Positions 1 through 8,995 are shown, numbered from the stretch's first letter. The stretch is DNA of 64,000 bases from an uncultured Undibacter sp. (GCA_964372105.1 CAYJPU010000002.1:3037-67036), one strand, 5' to 3'. Numbers and translations: made by a program. Notes: generated by a model not told the origin, from the sequence alone.

Positions 1-1
1 A

Positions 2-649
2 GAGCGTATCGAAGTCGGTCGCCAGCAGATGCGGGTTGCGGTCGAGCGCGTAGTGGCTCTCGACGATGGCGCCGCTGCCGGGATGGCGGAAGGTGCGGTG
101 GTGGCGGAAGCGCGCCAGAATGCCCGCTTGCCGCGGCGTCAGCGGCGGTTCCTCCGCGGCCGGAACGCAGCCGGCGGTTTCGAGAACGGCCTGGAAGCGC
201 GCGGTGTCATCGGGATGAACACAGAGGTCGAGATCAAACGCCTCGCGGACAAAGGGGTTGCCGTAAAGCCGCAGCGAGAGCGTGACGCCCTTGAGCGCCA
301 GCGCGCGGACGTGTTGCGCCCGCGCCGCCGCTGCGATGCCCGACAACAACGTGAGTTGGGCCATGGTCTTGAGGGAGCACTCCCGCTCGGCCGCCTCGAT
401 TGACAATTTGATGCCGATGGAGCCGGCGGGCCAGCCGGCCTCGCGCAAGGCGGCGGCCATCAAAGGCCGCACCTTGTGCTGCCAGGCGAGGTTCGGGACG
501 CAGCTCCAATCGATGCCCCGGAACAGGGCCGGATCCCACGTCCGCGTCGCGCCCGCCGCCCAGTCGGCCGCCAAAACGGCACCAAAAAGTTGGTGCTCTT
601 TGGATAATACGATCGTAGGTTTCAGGCGGCCGAACATGGTGGTATCCAT
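2..649 (-). CDS. Nucleotidyltransferase family protein (NTP_transf_5-like), partial: runs off the left edge
   Basis: Manual translation of the minus strand from ATG 649 (alternative 637): MDTTMFGRLKP...GIDWSCVPNLAWQHKVRPLM...RALALKGVTLSLRLYGNPFVREAFDLDLCVHPDD...IVESHYAL. The IDW..LA..H.V.PL, LKG..L...LY, R...DLDL and (V)ExH motifs are typical of this family. No stop before position 1, so absent from the ORF track. Confidence 0.85.
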   Translation of the reverse strand, partial: MDTTMFGRLKPTIVLSKEHQLFGAVLAADWAAGATRTWDPALFRGIDWSCVPNLAWQHKVRPLMAAALREAGWPAGSIGIKLSIEAAERECSLKTMAQLTLLSGIAAAARAQHVRALALKGVTLSLRLYGNPFVREAFDLDLCVHPDDTARFQAVLETAGCVPAAEEPPLTPRQAGILARFRHHRTFRHPGSGAIVESHYALDRNPHLLATDFDTL

Positions 650-730
650 AACCCCAGGTTGTCGCGGACCGGTCGCTCGCCTGGGCCTGGCCGTCCTTAA
701 GCCAATTCGCCAACGGAGGGAAGGTTTTCC

Positions 731-1672
731 ATGAACTGCCGCGCCGTCCACCGGGCCGAGGTGCTGGTGAACCCGCGTCGCTACGCGCTGTTCGGGCTGA
801 CCTTCCACTCGGCCGAACCGGTACCGGGCCTCATGGAGGCCGGCGCGGACGACGACGGCCGCCCGGTGACGATCGAATTCGGCCGCGTGCCCGCTTCGAT
901 CGCCGATCCGAGTTACCAGGACGAAAGCGTCCAGGCGAGCGCGACCGAATACCTGTTCACCTACGCGGACGTGTTGCGGATGTATGTCGCGGGTGATTCG
1001 CGCATCGTCGTCGAGCGGTTGGAAGAATGCGATCCGGTGCTTCTGTGGACGCTCGTGCTCGGCGCCGGCTCGTCGATCGTCGGCTTCCGGCGTGGCCTGG
1101 TCCCGCTGCATGCATCGTCCATCCGCGTCGGCGACGGCTGCATGGCGCTGGCGGGCCAGACCGGTTTCGGCAAATCGACGCTGGCCGCGTCGCTGACCGA
1201 CCTCGGCTTCGCGCTGCATGCGGACGACCTTTGCCTGTTACAGCCGGGCGGCGGCGCTGTCATGGTGGGAGGCGGCATCCAGGAGTTCCGGCTGTGGGAC
1301 GACGCGGTGCAGGCGCTCGCCTGGAACGAACGCGCGCCGTTCGCGCGCATGCCGAACATCGCCAAATCGGTATTCCGGCAAGCGCAGCCGGCCCCGGCGT
1401 CGCTGCCGCTCCGGCGCATCTATGCACTCGCGTTTGCCGACGAGGCGGCGGCGCCAGGCATCTATCGCGTCGACGGCGTCGCGGCCATGCAGACGCTGAT
1501 CTGGTGTTTACGTATGCGCGTCGGCTTGCTGACGGTCGGCGAGCAGCAACGGACCTTCGAGACTCTGGCGAAAGTCAGCCGCGACGTTGAAATGTTCCGC
1601 TTTGTGCGGCCTCTCGATAGCACGCATTTGCGACGCTGGTCGGAGCGGCTGGCCGCTCATATGGCTGTGTAG
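731..1672 (+). CDS. HPr kinase-related serine kinase (RiPP-associated)
   Basis: LHASSI motif, Walker A GQTGFGKST and ADD motif; immediately upstream of PqqD and the lasso cyclase. Confidence 0.85.
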   Translation: MNCRAVHRAEVLVNPRRYALFGLTFHSAEPVPGLMEAGADDDGRPVTIEFGRVPASIADPSYQDESVQASATEYLFTYADVLRMYVAGDSRIVVERLEECDPVLLWTLVLGAGSSIVGFRRGLVPLHASSIRVGDGCMALAGQTGFGKSTLAASLTDLGFALHADDLCLLQPGGGAVMVGGGIQEFRLWDDAVQALAWNERAPFARMPNIAKSVFRQAQPAPASLPLRRIYALAFADEAAAPGIYRVDGVAAMQTLIWCLRMRVGLLTVGEQQRTFETLAKVSRDVEMFRFVRPLDSTHLRRWSERLAAHMAV

Positions 1673-1684
1673 CGAGAATTGCGC

Positions 1685-1975
1685 ATGATATCTGCCGAAC
1701 GAGCTTACGAGCGACGACCCGGCCTCGTCGCGGCGAATCTGGGCGAGGAACTGGCGGTGCTCGACATGGCGAGCGGCTCGTATCTCGGCTTCAACGCGAC
1801 CGCCGCGCACGTCTGGCGCCTGCTCGATCAGCCACGCACGTTGGGTGCGCTCTGCGAAGCCATGATGCAGGAATTCGATATCGACGCCGACCGCTGCCGT
1901 TCGGAGCTGCGCGAACTGCTCGACCAGATGTTGGCGGCCGGCCTTATCCAGACCCGTCATGACGACGCTGCGTAA
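1685..1975 (+). CDS. PqqD-family RiPP recognition element (lasso B1)
   Basis: About 96 aa; LGEELAVLDMASGSYLGFNATAAHVWRLLDQPRTLGALCEAMMQEFDID...LLDQMLAAGLI is the PqqD/RRE pattern. ATG at 1685 is in frame with the track ORF starting at 1679. Confidence 0.92.
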   Translation: MISAERAYERRPGLVAANLGEELAVLDMASGSYLGFNATAAHVWRLLDQPRTLGALCEAMMQEFDIDADRCRSELRELLDQMLAAGLIQTRHDDAA

Positions 1976-2072
1976 ATTCCTCGCGCGCGATGCCGCCGAC
2001 AGCTGCCGCGTGGTCGAGGCGGCGGCGCGGCTGCTCACGACCTTCCCGCAGCAAGAGCCGACGACGCCATGA
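1959..2072 (+). pseudogene. Remnant of lasso B2 leader peptidase (37 aa, apparent internal in-frame deletion)
   Basis: ATG 1959 overlaps the end of PqqD; MTTLRKFLARDAADSCRVVEAAARLLTTFPQQEPTTP*; its TGA overlaps the cyclase ATG (ATGA 2069-2072). The LRKF...D....EAA..LL start resembles B2 N-termini and it sits in the B2 position, but there is no transglutaminase catalytic core. Confidence 0.65.
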
Positions 2073-4045
2073 GCGCCATCGCAGGCATGATCGATTGGCG
2101 CGGCGCGCCCGCCGGCCCGGCGGTTCGAAAGGCGCTGGCGGCGCTGGCGCTGCACGGCCGCGACGGCGAAGGCTTCTGGGACGGCGGCGACGTCGCGCTC
2201 GGCTGGCGGCAGACAATCCTGCACGCCGAGGATCGCGCCGACCGGCAGCCGCTCACCGGCGGCGGCGGACGCTTCAAGCTGGTGTTCGACGGCCGCATCG
2301 ACAACCGCGAAGAGTTGGCGCGCGCGCTGGCGCTTGAGCCCGAGCGCGCCCGCGACTGGCCCGACAGCGCCTATGCGCTCGCCGCCTTTGAGAAGTGGGG
2401 CGAGGATTGCGTGCCGCACCTGTTGGGCGACTTCGCTTTCGCGGTGTGGGATGCGGAGAAGCGGGAGCTGTTTTTGGCGCGGGACCATATCGGCACGCGG
2501 CCGCTTTACTTTTTCCGAGACGAGCATTTTCTGATGTTCGCAACGACGCCATCGGCTCTGTTCAGCAATCAGGGTGTGCCGCGCGATATCGATGACGAAC
2601 TTTTTCTAGTCAGCCTTTCGCCGGTCGCTCTGCCGCGGGGGGCAACGATCTACCGCGACATTTCCCGTGTCGCGCCCGGCGAATGCGTCGTGTTCACGCA
2701 GAGTGCGCTTCGGCACATAGAGCACTGGCAACCGGAACAGCTGAGCTTGCTCAGCTACGCTCGTGACGATGAGTATGTCGAAGCTTTTCGGGAAATTCTG
2801 GAGGAATCGATCCGCTGCCGGCTGCGAACGATTCATCCCACCGGCAGCCATCTGAGTTCGGGGTGGGACAGTTCGACGGTCACCATCATTGCCGCGCGCC
2901 TGCTGGCTGCGCGCCATCAACGATTGACGGCATATACCGCGGTCCCACCAGTAGACTGGAAACAGACGCGGCCCTTCGGGTGGCGCACCGACGAGGGACC
3001 GATTGCGACGGCGGTCGCGCAGCGCCTCGCCAATGTCGATCACGTCCTTGTGCGCGGCCGCGGGCGATTCGATTTCGAGGCGCTGGATCGTCACGCCGAC
3101 GCATTCGAGCATCCATTGCGGGATTTGAACAATGGCGGCTGGCGCGAAGATCTTCACGGCCGGGCGCGAGAACGCGGAATTCGCGTGATGCTGTCGGGCG
3201 GCATGGGCAACCGCACACTGAGCTACGATGGCCTTGGACTGCTGCCTTATCTGCTTCGCCACGGGCGTCTGGTGGAATTGCTGACTGAGTGGACGTCGCT
3301 CCATCGCAAGGAAGGCACGGCGTATCGCAATCTTGTCGCGCTGACGCTCGGTCCCTACTTTCCCGATGCGCTATGGCGCTTCGTGGACAGGCTTCTCGGC
3401 CGACCTGACCCGGCATCGCTTTTCTATACCGGCATCAACGCGGATTTTTTTTCCGCGCAAAAGCTGAGGGAAATCGTGCGGAGCCGATCATTGTCCAAGC
3501 CCGCGTTCCGTCGCGGTGACGATCGTGCGATGTATCATTTCTGCGTGCGGACGCCCGATTTGGGGAACGTTTGGGGCGGGGCGCTCGCGGCTTATGATCT
3601 AGAAATTCGCGATCCGCTGGGTGACCGGCGGTTGAGGGCCTTCCGCGCCAGGCTTCCAGAACGGCAATTTCTTCGCCAGGGGCAGACACGATGGCTTGCG
3701 CGGCGCGCAATGGCCGGGGTTTTGCCGAAAGAGGTTACCGAACAGCGTTTGCGCGGGCGTCAAGCCGCCGAATGGTTCGAAGCCGCCAGCGGCTCGCTCG
3801 ATTTGCTACGGGAAGAAGTCGGCCGGCTCGGGCGCAACGATCGGCTGCGAAGAATTTTAAATTTAGCAGAAATCAATGGCCTGTTGAGAAATTGGCCGGC
3901 AATCCCAACGCCAGATCAGGCAGCCGCATATCAGAGGCTGCTGTCGATCATCAGCGCCGCGCATTTCATGCGTAGGTTTATGGAAAAGCCTGAAGGTGCG
4001 CCTATGAATTCATATGCATGTTCGCCACATTTGCGAACAGGCTGA
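2069..4045 (+). CDS. Lasso peptide isopeptide-bond-forming cyclase (asparagine synthetase-like, C protein)
   Basis: AsnB-like fold (DGRIDNR, GDFAFA, RDHIGTRPL, ATP loop LSSGWDSS). The N-terminus is MSAIAG, lacking the glutaminase Cys, and the gene is next to an RRE and a precursor. Confidence 0.88.
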   Translation: MSAIAGMIDWRGAPAGPAVRKALAALALHGRDGEGFWDGGDVALGWRQTILHAEDRADRQPLTGGGGRFKLVFDGRIDNREELARALALEPERARDWPDSAYALAAFEKWGEDCVPHLLGDFAFAVWDAEKRELFLARDHIGTRPLYFFRDEHFLMFATTPSALFSNQGVPRDIDDELFLVSLSPVALPRGATIYRDISRVAPGECVVFTQSALRHIEHWQPEQLSLLSYARDDEYVEAFREILEESIRCRLRTIHPTGSHLSSGWDSSTVTIIAARLLAARHQRLTAYTAVPPVDWKQTRPFGWRTDEGPIATAVAQRLANVDHVLVRGRGRFDFEALDRHADAFEHPLRDLNNGGWREDLHGRARERGIRVMLSGGMGNRTLSYDGLGLLPYLLRHGRLVELLTEWTSLHRKEGTAYRNLVALTLGPYFPDALWRFVDRLLGRPDPASLFYTGINADFFSAQKLREIVRSRSLSKPAFRRGDDRAMYHFCVRTPDLGNVWGGALAAYDLEIRDPLGDRRLRAFRARLPERQFLRQGQTRWLARRAMAGVLPKEVTEQRLRGRQAAEWFEAASGSLDLLREEVGRLGRNDRLRRILNLAEINGLLRNWPAIPTPDQAAAYQRLLSIISAAHFMRRFMEKPEGAPMNSYACSPHLRTG

Positions 4046-4098
4046 CGCTCCGGACTAACGTGCCTTGATGAGAAGCAAAAGCTATTAGAGTCGAATAG

Positions 4099-4251
4099 TC
4101 AGGCTAGACTTCCGGCGTCGGTATCGTCCGGCCCGACGGTGCCGCGTGCACTGGCCAAATTGATGCGCCCGAACGACGGTTTCACCCACTCGCGCCGCTC
4201 GCGCGCCGGAGTCTGCTGACGGCCACTAGCCGTATCTTTTAATTTTTGCAT
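4099..4251 (-). CDS. Lasso peptide-like precursor (50 aa)
   Basis: GAGG RBS then ATG 4251: MQKLKDTASGRQQTPARERREWVKPSFGRINLASAR-GTVGPDDTDAGSLA*. Has a WxxPxF leader motif and a Gly-initiated core with Asp at positions 6, 7 and 9; convergent with the cyclase, with AT-rich DNA upstream. Confidence 0.8.
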   Translation of the reverse strand: MQKLKDTASGRQQTPARERREWVKPSFGRINLASARGTVGPDDTDAGSLA

Positions 4252-4754
4252 GCCTCAACAGCCCCTATTTATGGTGTTAAAAATACCACGCCTCGGCCAC
4301 AATGCCAAGGGGCATTTTTCCGGTCCACAACCACGAATCGGCTACTAATAGCCTAAAAAGGGATGAATTTCGCAACCGCCTGAGGGGGCAATGTCCGCAT
4401 TGCCGGTTGTTTTCGGTCGCCTGGGGCGGTCCGCGGCTTCACCTGCTCGTGCTGGCCCATACTTGTGCGACCACCGCCATCGCGGCCGTCGGTTTCATCC
4501 GCAATTGTCGCGGTAGCGGGGAACGGTCATCGACCTCCAGGCCTGACCCATCAGGTCTATTTTTGGGGTCCTGTCGCGCCGTGGCGGGCGCATGTCCGCC
4601 AGGCTCGGGGACGCAGGCAGCAGATCCAGACTATGTGCGCTGCCGAGAGCGGTGTTAGCGTGAAACCTTCCAACATTTTCCGGAGCGCAAGCAAAGAGCG
4701 GGGCCTCAGATCACGAACAACGATCGCGTTCGGGCGTCAGAGCGGGCTAGCCGT

Positions 4755-5471
4755 TTGTTGTCCCTGTTTCGGCTGGGCGGCTGGGCCACGGATGGGAGGC
4801 TGGGGGGCCGTTTCGCCCGAGGATACCTTCCCGATCTGATCGAACGCGCATTGGTGCTCGGCTTCTTTATCTATTTTGTAGATCGGATGCTGGCGCGGTT
4901 CGTCCAGCTTGTCTTGATTCAATATGCCCATCCCGAGCTGGTGCTCGCCGCCGCGGCCATCAATGCGCAGGCGATTCTGCTGGTGGTCTCGGAGACGCTC
5001 GGGGTCGCGCTCATCCTGAGCCGCCGGCCGTCCATGCTGGTTTCGACGCGTCCGCTCGATTGGGCTTTGAGCCTGGGGGCTGTAATTTTGCCGCTCTTGG
5101 TCGCTCCGGTCGCCGGCAGTACGCCGGGCCTGTCGGACGTCGCGACCGTGCTGATGCTTGTCGGATTGATCGTTCAGATCGGCGCGAAGCTGTCGCTGTG
5201 GCGTAGCTTCGGCGTCGTGCCTGCGAACCATGGTGTCAAGACCGGCGGGCTCTACCGCATTGTCCGCCATCCGATGTACGCGGGCTACGTTATCACCCAT
5301 ATCGGTTTCATCCTGGGTTTTCCGTTGCTGCACAACGCGGTGCTTTATCTGGCGACCTTCGCGCTCCAACTCGCGCGCTTGCTGCGCGAAGAAGCGATCC
5401 TCAGGCAGGATCCCGCTTATCGGTCCTATGCCGAGCGGGTCCGTTTTCGACTGGTCCCGGGTTTGTTCTAA
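4755..5471 (+). CDS. Isoprenylcysteine carboxyl methyltransferase (ICMT/PEMT) family membrane protein
   Basis: Multiple TM segments; SFG...N.GVKTGGLYRIVRHPMYAGY, R...EEAIL, Y..Y..RVRFRLVPG. Start codon uncertain. Confidence 0.85.
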   Translation: MLSLFRLGGWATDGRLGGRFARGYLPDLIERALVLGFFIYFVDRMLARFVQLVLIQYAHPELVLAAAAINAQAILLVVSETLGVALILSRRPSMLVSTRPLDWALSLGAVILPLLVAPVAGSTPGLSDVATVLMLVGLIVQIGAKLSLWRSFGVVPANHGVKTGGLYRIVRHPMYAGYVITHIGFILGFPLLHNAVLYLATFALQLARLLREEAILRQDPAYRSYAERVRFRLVPGLF

Positions 5472-5513
5472 AGCCACCATAGACTTGCGGCGATATGGCG
5501 GTGACGCCGCACG

Positions 5514-5732
5514 CTACTGGTTCATCGTCGCGCCTTTGATAAGGAGAGCCAGCCAGCCCAAGATGGTGACTCTAAGTGTGCCGGTCTTGCTTTCTTTAAC
5601 GAACCCACGATTGCGCAGGCGATCGAACCGAGGGTCTTTGGGATTCCCTCTGCCTTTGGCAACGTCGCGAAGCGCGGTGAGATCGCCGGCTCGCAAATCC
5701 CTCGTGGCCCATCTCCGCATGAACAGCGACAT
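5514..5732 (-). CDS. Small hypothetical protein, possible winged-helix-like
   Basis: 72 aa basic ORF with LTALRDV...RLRNRGFV....LRVTILG..AL pattern; AT-rich region upstream (5740-5820). Confidence 0.5.
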   Translation of the reverse strand: MSLFMRRWATRDLRAGDLTALRDVAKGRGNPKDPRFDRLRNRGFVKESKTGTLRVTILGWLALLIKGATMNQ

Positions 5733-5959
5733 GCCCCACGCTCAAGTTCTTAAAATAGGTTATACTACAACCATACCGCGCACAATCATTGAGGGTATTT
5801 ATCGTTAATGCACTCAATCTCCGCGGGTTCATCACGCCATGTCGACGGATGGCCCCTTTCGGCGGTAGCCAGGGCTAAGCGCAGCGAGGAACGAGTGGTT
5901 TGTCGATCAATTTGCCGCGTCGGGCGCCCTAATGCGGGAGGTTTTGTGAAGGCTTAGCG

Positions 5960-8900
5960 ATGGTTTTTTGCAGGAAGCAGCTGTTCGCGATCGTTCTGTG
6001 CATGACGTCGGCTTCCGCACCGGCGCAGCCGAGCGTTCCCGGCAGCGACGCCTTCGTTCTGCGGGATTTCATCGGCCGCACCTGGCGCAACGAGAGTGTG
6101 CGATTTCCAGCCTCCGCTGCTCAGCTCCAAAGCGCCCAGGCTGGATTGCCGCTGGTCGGTCCCGACGGAAAGCCCACGCTCTATCAGGTCGTTCCAGGCC
6201 GGCCCGCATCGATCGAGTTCCTCGCCGATCTCGATCCGCTCGAGAGACGCGACTATCGTTTCGCTGCCACGACCGAGCCGGCCGCGGTAACCGACCTCGC
6301 CATCGAGGAAACGCCGGATCTCATCCGCCTCAGCAACAGCCGCGTCGGCATCGCGCTGCGCACGACATTGCGCGACGGCGAGGGGCCGATCGCCGGCATT
6401 CGACTCGCTTCGGGTCGCTGGGTCGGGAACTCGCTGCTGTTCGACGCGCCGCCCGTGCAGTCTTATCGCGTTGAGGTCACGGCGCGCGGTCCGGCGTTTG
6501 TCGAGGTGGTGTGCGACGTCGGTTTCGGTGGCGCGCGGAATTGGCGCCTGCGTTTCCGGTTGCAGTCGCATGAGCCCGCGGTGCTGGCGGACGAGACGTT
6601 CGCGCTCGACGATGGCAGCGTGTTCAAGTTGTTGCTGAGTCCTAACTTCATGCCGGACGCGTTGCTCTACCGCACCGGCAAATCAGTCGCCGGCGGCCGT
6701 GAAGGCAAACTCGATTCCTGGACGATCCCGACGAACTACGACGTCGCGGCGTTCGTGCTGGAGCCGTGGCTGCATTGGTGGGAGCGCGAACGGCAAGGAA
6801 CCTGGTTTGCGCTTTATCAAAAACAAGGCAGCGATTTACTGGCGATCGCGGCGCGTGCACCGGCGCTCTGGGTCGATCCGGCGAAGCCGCAGCACCGGGC
6901 GACGTCGCAGGCATTTCTGACGTCGGACCGCGCCGGGCTGAAATGGACGTTGTCGCTCAAAGGCGGCGCGCGCGCGTGGATGATCGTGGCGCTTGATAAG
7001 GAGACGAGCCTCGCGCCGTTGCGCAGCGGCAACCGGCAGCAGGCGCCGCTGCCGCAGCAGCATCAAATCAAGCACAGCGATTTTCCGCTGAACCGCATCA
7101 AGGACTACGTCCTGGAGTGGCCGGCGGACGATGGCGAGCATCCGCGCCTGGCGGTGACGAAAAGAAGCCTCCCGGCAGCTTGCCGGAGCACGAACGTCGA
7201 AGCGGCGAAACTCGCGCAATTCCGCACGTCGCCCGTCAGCCTGTACGGGCTTGACGAGCCGGTGCGGTATTATCTGTGCAGCAAGGATGCCGACCTCGGG
7301 CGCCATCTCGTCGAAGCGGCGGTGTCGCTCACCCAGGACGCCGTCGATATGTTGTTGCGCCAGGACATGCTGGTGACATTGGGTTTCGCCCCGCACATTC
7401 AGGTTGCGATCATGGCCGCGACCTATTTGGCCGATGCTGTCTGGTCCGACGCGTCGCTGTCGCCGGCCATGCGCGCGCGGCTGAGGGCGCAGCTTGTCTT
7501 TCTTGCCTACACCGTCAATCGCGACGATTACTGGTCGCCGCCGCGCCGGTTTTCCGCCAACCCGAACATGACGTCGACGGTCGCCGCCTATCGTGCGTTG
7601 CTGGGCGCGATGCTTGTGCCACACCCGATGGCCAAGGCGTGGCTGCGCAACGGCGTTGATGAAATGAAGAGTCAGCTCGATTTCTGGGCCGACGGCAATG
7701 GTGGCTGGCTGGAAGCGCCGCATTACGCCACTTTGTCGTTCGATTATCTGCTCGGCGTGTTTCTGGCCGCTCAGAATGTCGGCTTTGAGGATCTGCTGTT
7801 TGATCCGAAGATCAAGAAAGTGGCTGACTGGCTCGCCAAGATATCGACGCCGCCGGATTCCGCCGCGCAGGGACATCGCCATCTGCCGCCGATCGGCAAC
7901 ACGTATATCCGGGAGCCGAGCGGGCAATTCGGCTTGGTCGCGAATCTTTGGCAGCACAAGGACCCGGACTTTGCCGCCCATATGCAGTGGATGTTCCGTC
8001 AACAAGGCTCGCCGCCGAGCACGGGCATCGGCGGCTTCAATCCCATTTTCTCCGGCTTCCGGCTCTTGTTGCGCGAGTCTTCGATCGAGCCGCAAGCGCC
8101 CGCGTATGGCAGTGAATTTTTTCCGAACACCGGCGCGATGTTGCGCGCGCATTTTCCGACACCGCGCGAGACGCAGCTCTATCTGATCGCCGGGGTGAAC
8201 CACGACCATTACGACATGGACTCCGGCAGCTTCACGCTGTGGGGGAAGGGCCGGCTGGTCGCCAACGATTTCGGCTACGCCGGCTACATGCCGGCCGACG
8301 ACCACAATATGGTGGTTGCGCCGAGCGCGCCGGGCCGTGGCTTAATGCAGATAACGGCGTTCTCGACCGGCGAGCAGATCGACTACGTGCGCGGCCTGAA
8401 GAACGACGCCTGGACGCGGCAGATCGCATTCATAAAAGACGCAGACCCGCTCGGGCCGAATTATTTCGTCGTTGCCGACACCATGAAACACGCCGAGCCG
8501 GCGGTGTGGCGGCTCTGGCTGACCGCAGCCCGCGTCGACCTCGGCAAGCAAGGCGCGCTGGTCGTCGGCAACGAGGACGTCGACACCGACATTCGTTTTA
8601 TTCAGCCGCCGGGGGTCGCCCTGGCGACCGAGCAGCGGACGCACGCGACCTCGGGCATGACGGCCGGCAAATTCGGCGGCTTGTCGACGACTCAGACCGG
8701 CCTGATTGCGCGAGACGACAACGGCGCGTTCACGGCACTGATCTATCCACGGCTGAAGAGCGAAGCGCCGCCGATCGTCACGGCGCTTGCCGGCGGCAAA
8801 GCCGTCAAGGTCGAGACGGCCGTCGGCGCCGATTTCGTATTCCTGAGCGCCACACCGTTTTCCTATCGCGACGATAACATCGCGTTCAGTGGAACAGCGG

Positions 8901-8995
8901 GCTTGGTGCGCGTGCGCGGGGACAATGCGCAACTTGCGCTTGGAGCGGCCGGCAGTCTGAGCGCCTTCGGCCGAGTATTGCATCGCAATGAGTGA
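5960..8995 (+). CDS. Large secreted protein with heparinase II/III-like (polysaccharide lyase-like) C-terminal region
   Basis: Signal-peptide-like N-terminus; DGGWLEAPHY, PPIGNT, HDHYDMDSGSFTLWGKGRLVANDFGY and HNMVV motifs typical of heparinase II/III-like proteins. Confidence 0.7.
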   Translation: MVFCRKQLFAIVLCMTSASAPAQPSVPGSDAFVLRDFIGRTWRNESVRFPASAAQLQSAQAGLPLVGPDGKPTLYQVVPGRPASIEFLADLDPLERRDYRFAATTEPAAVTDLAIEETPDLIRLSNSRVGIALRTTLRDGEGPIAGIRLASGRWVGNSLLFDAPPVQSYRVEVTARGPAFVEVVCDVGFGGARNWRLRFRLQSHEPAVLADETFALDDGSVFKLLLSPNFMPDALLYRTGKSVAGGREGKLDSWTIPTNYDVAAFVLEPWLHWWERERQGTWFALYQKQGSDLLAIAARAPALWVDPAKPQHRATSQAFLTSDRAGLKWTLSLKGGARAWMIVALDKETSLAPLRSGNRQQAPLPQQHQIKHSDFPLNRIKDYVLEWPADDGEHPRLAVTKRSLPAACRSTNVEAAKLAQFRTSPVSLYGLDEPVRYYLCSKDADLGRHLVEAAVSLTQDAVDMLLRQDMLVTLGFAPHIQVAIMAATYLADAVWSDASLSPAMRARLRAQLVFLAYTVNRDDYWSPPRRFSANPNMTSTVAAYRALLGAMLVPHPMAKAWLRNGVDEMKSQLDFWADGNGGWLEAPHYATLSFDYLLGVFLAAQNVGFEDLLFDPKIKKVADWLAKISTPPDSAAQGHRHLPPIGNTYIREPSGQFGLVANLWQHKDPDFAAHMQWMFRQQGSPPSTGIGGFNPIFSGFRLLLRESSIEPQAPAYGSEFFPNTGAMLRAHFPTPRETQLYLIAGVNHDHYDMDSGSFTLWGKGRLVANDFGYAGYMPADDHNMVVAPSAPGRGLMQITAFSTGEQIDYVRGLKNDAWTRQIAFIKDADPLGPNYFVVADTMKHAEPAVWRLWLTAARVDLGKQGALVVGNEDVDTDIRFIQPPGVALATEQRTHATSGMTAGKFGGLSTTQTGLIARDDNGAFTALIYPRLKSEAPPIVTALAGGKAVKVETAVGADFVFLSATPFSYRDDNIAFSGTAGLVRVRGDNAQLALGAAGSLSAFGRVLHRNE

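Noticed and set aside
29-734. Track ORFs 29-403(+), 234-713(-) and 282-734(+)
   Set aside because: No family motifs; they are shadows of the minus-strand nucleotidyltransferase frame.
1685-4045. Reading these as PQQ biosynthesis plus a housekeeping asparagine synthetase
   Set aside because: No pqqA/B/C/E, the AsnB-like protein lacks the N-terminal Cys, and a lasso-like precursor is adjacent.
4102-4134. Alternative core GPDDTDAGSLA using Thr at -2
   Set aside because: Asp would be at positions 3, 4 and 6 only, too small for a known lasso ring (7-9).
4302-4740. Second precursor or small ORFs (4391-4516 +, an 11-codon minus ORF near 4495-4530, track ORFs 4302 and 4465)
   Set aside because: No leader motif or Gly/Asp core pattern and no recognisable family, despite RBS-like sequences.
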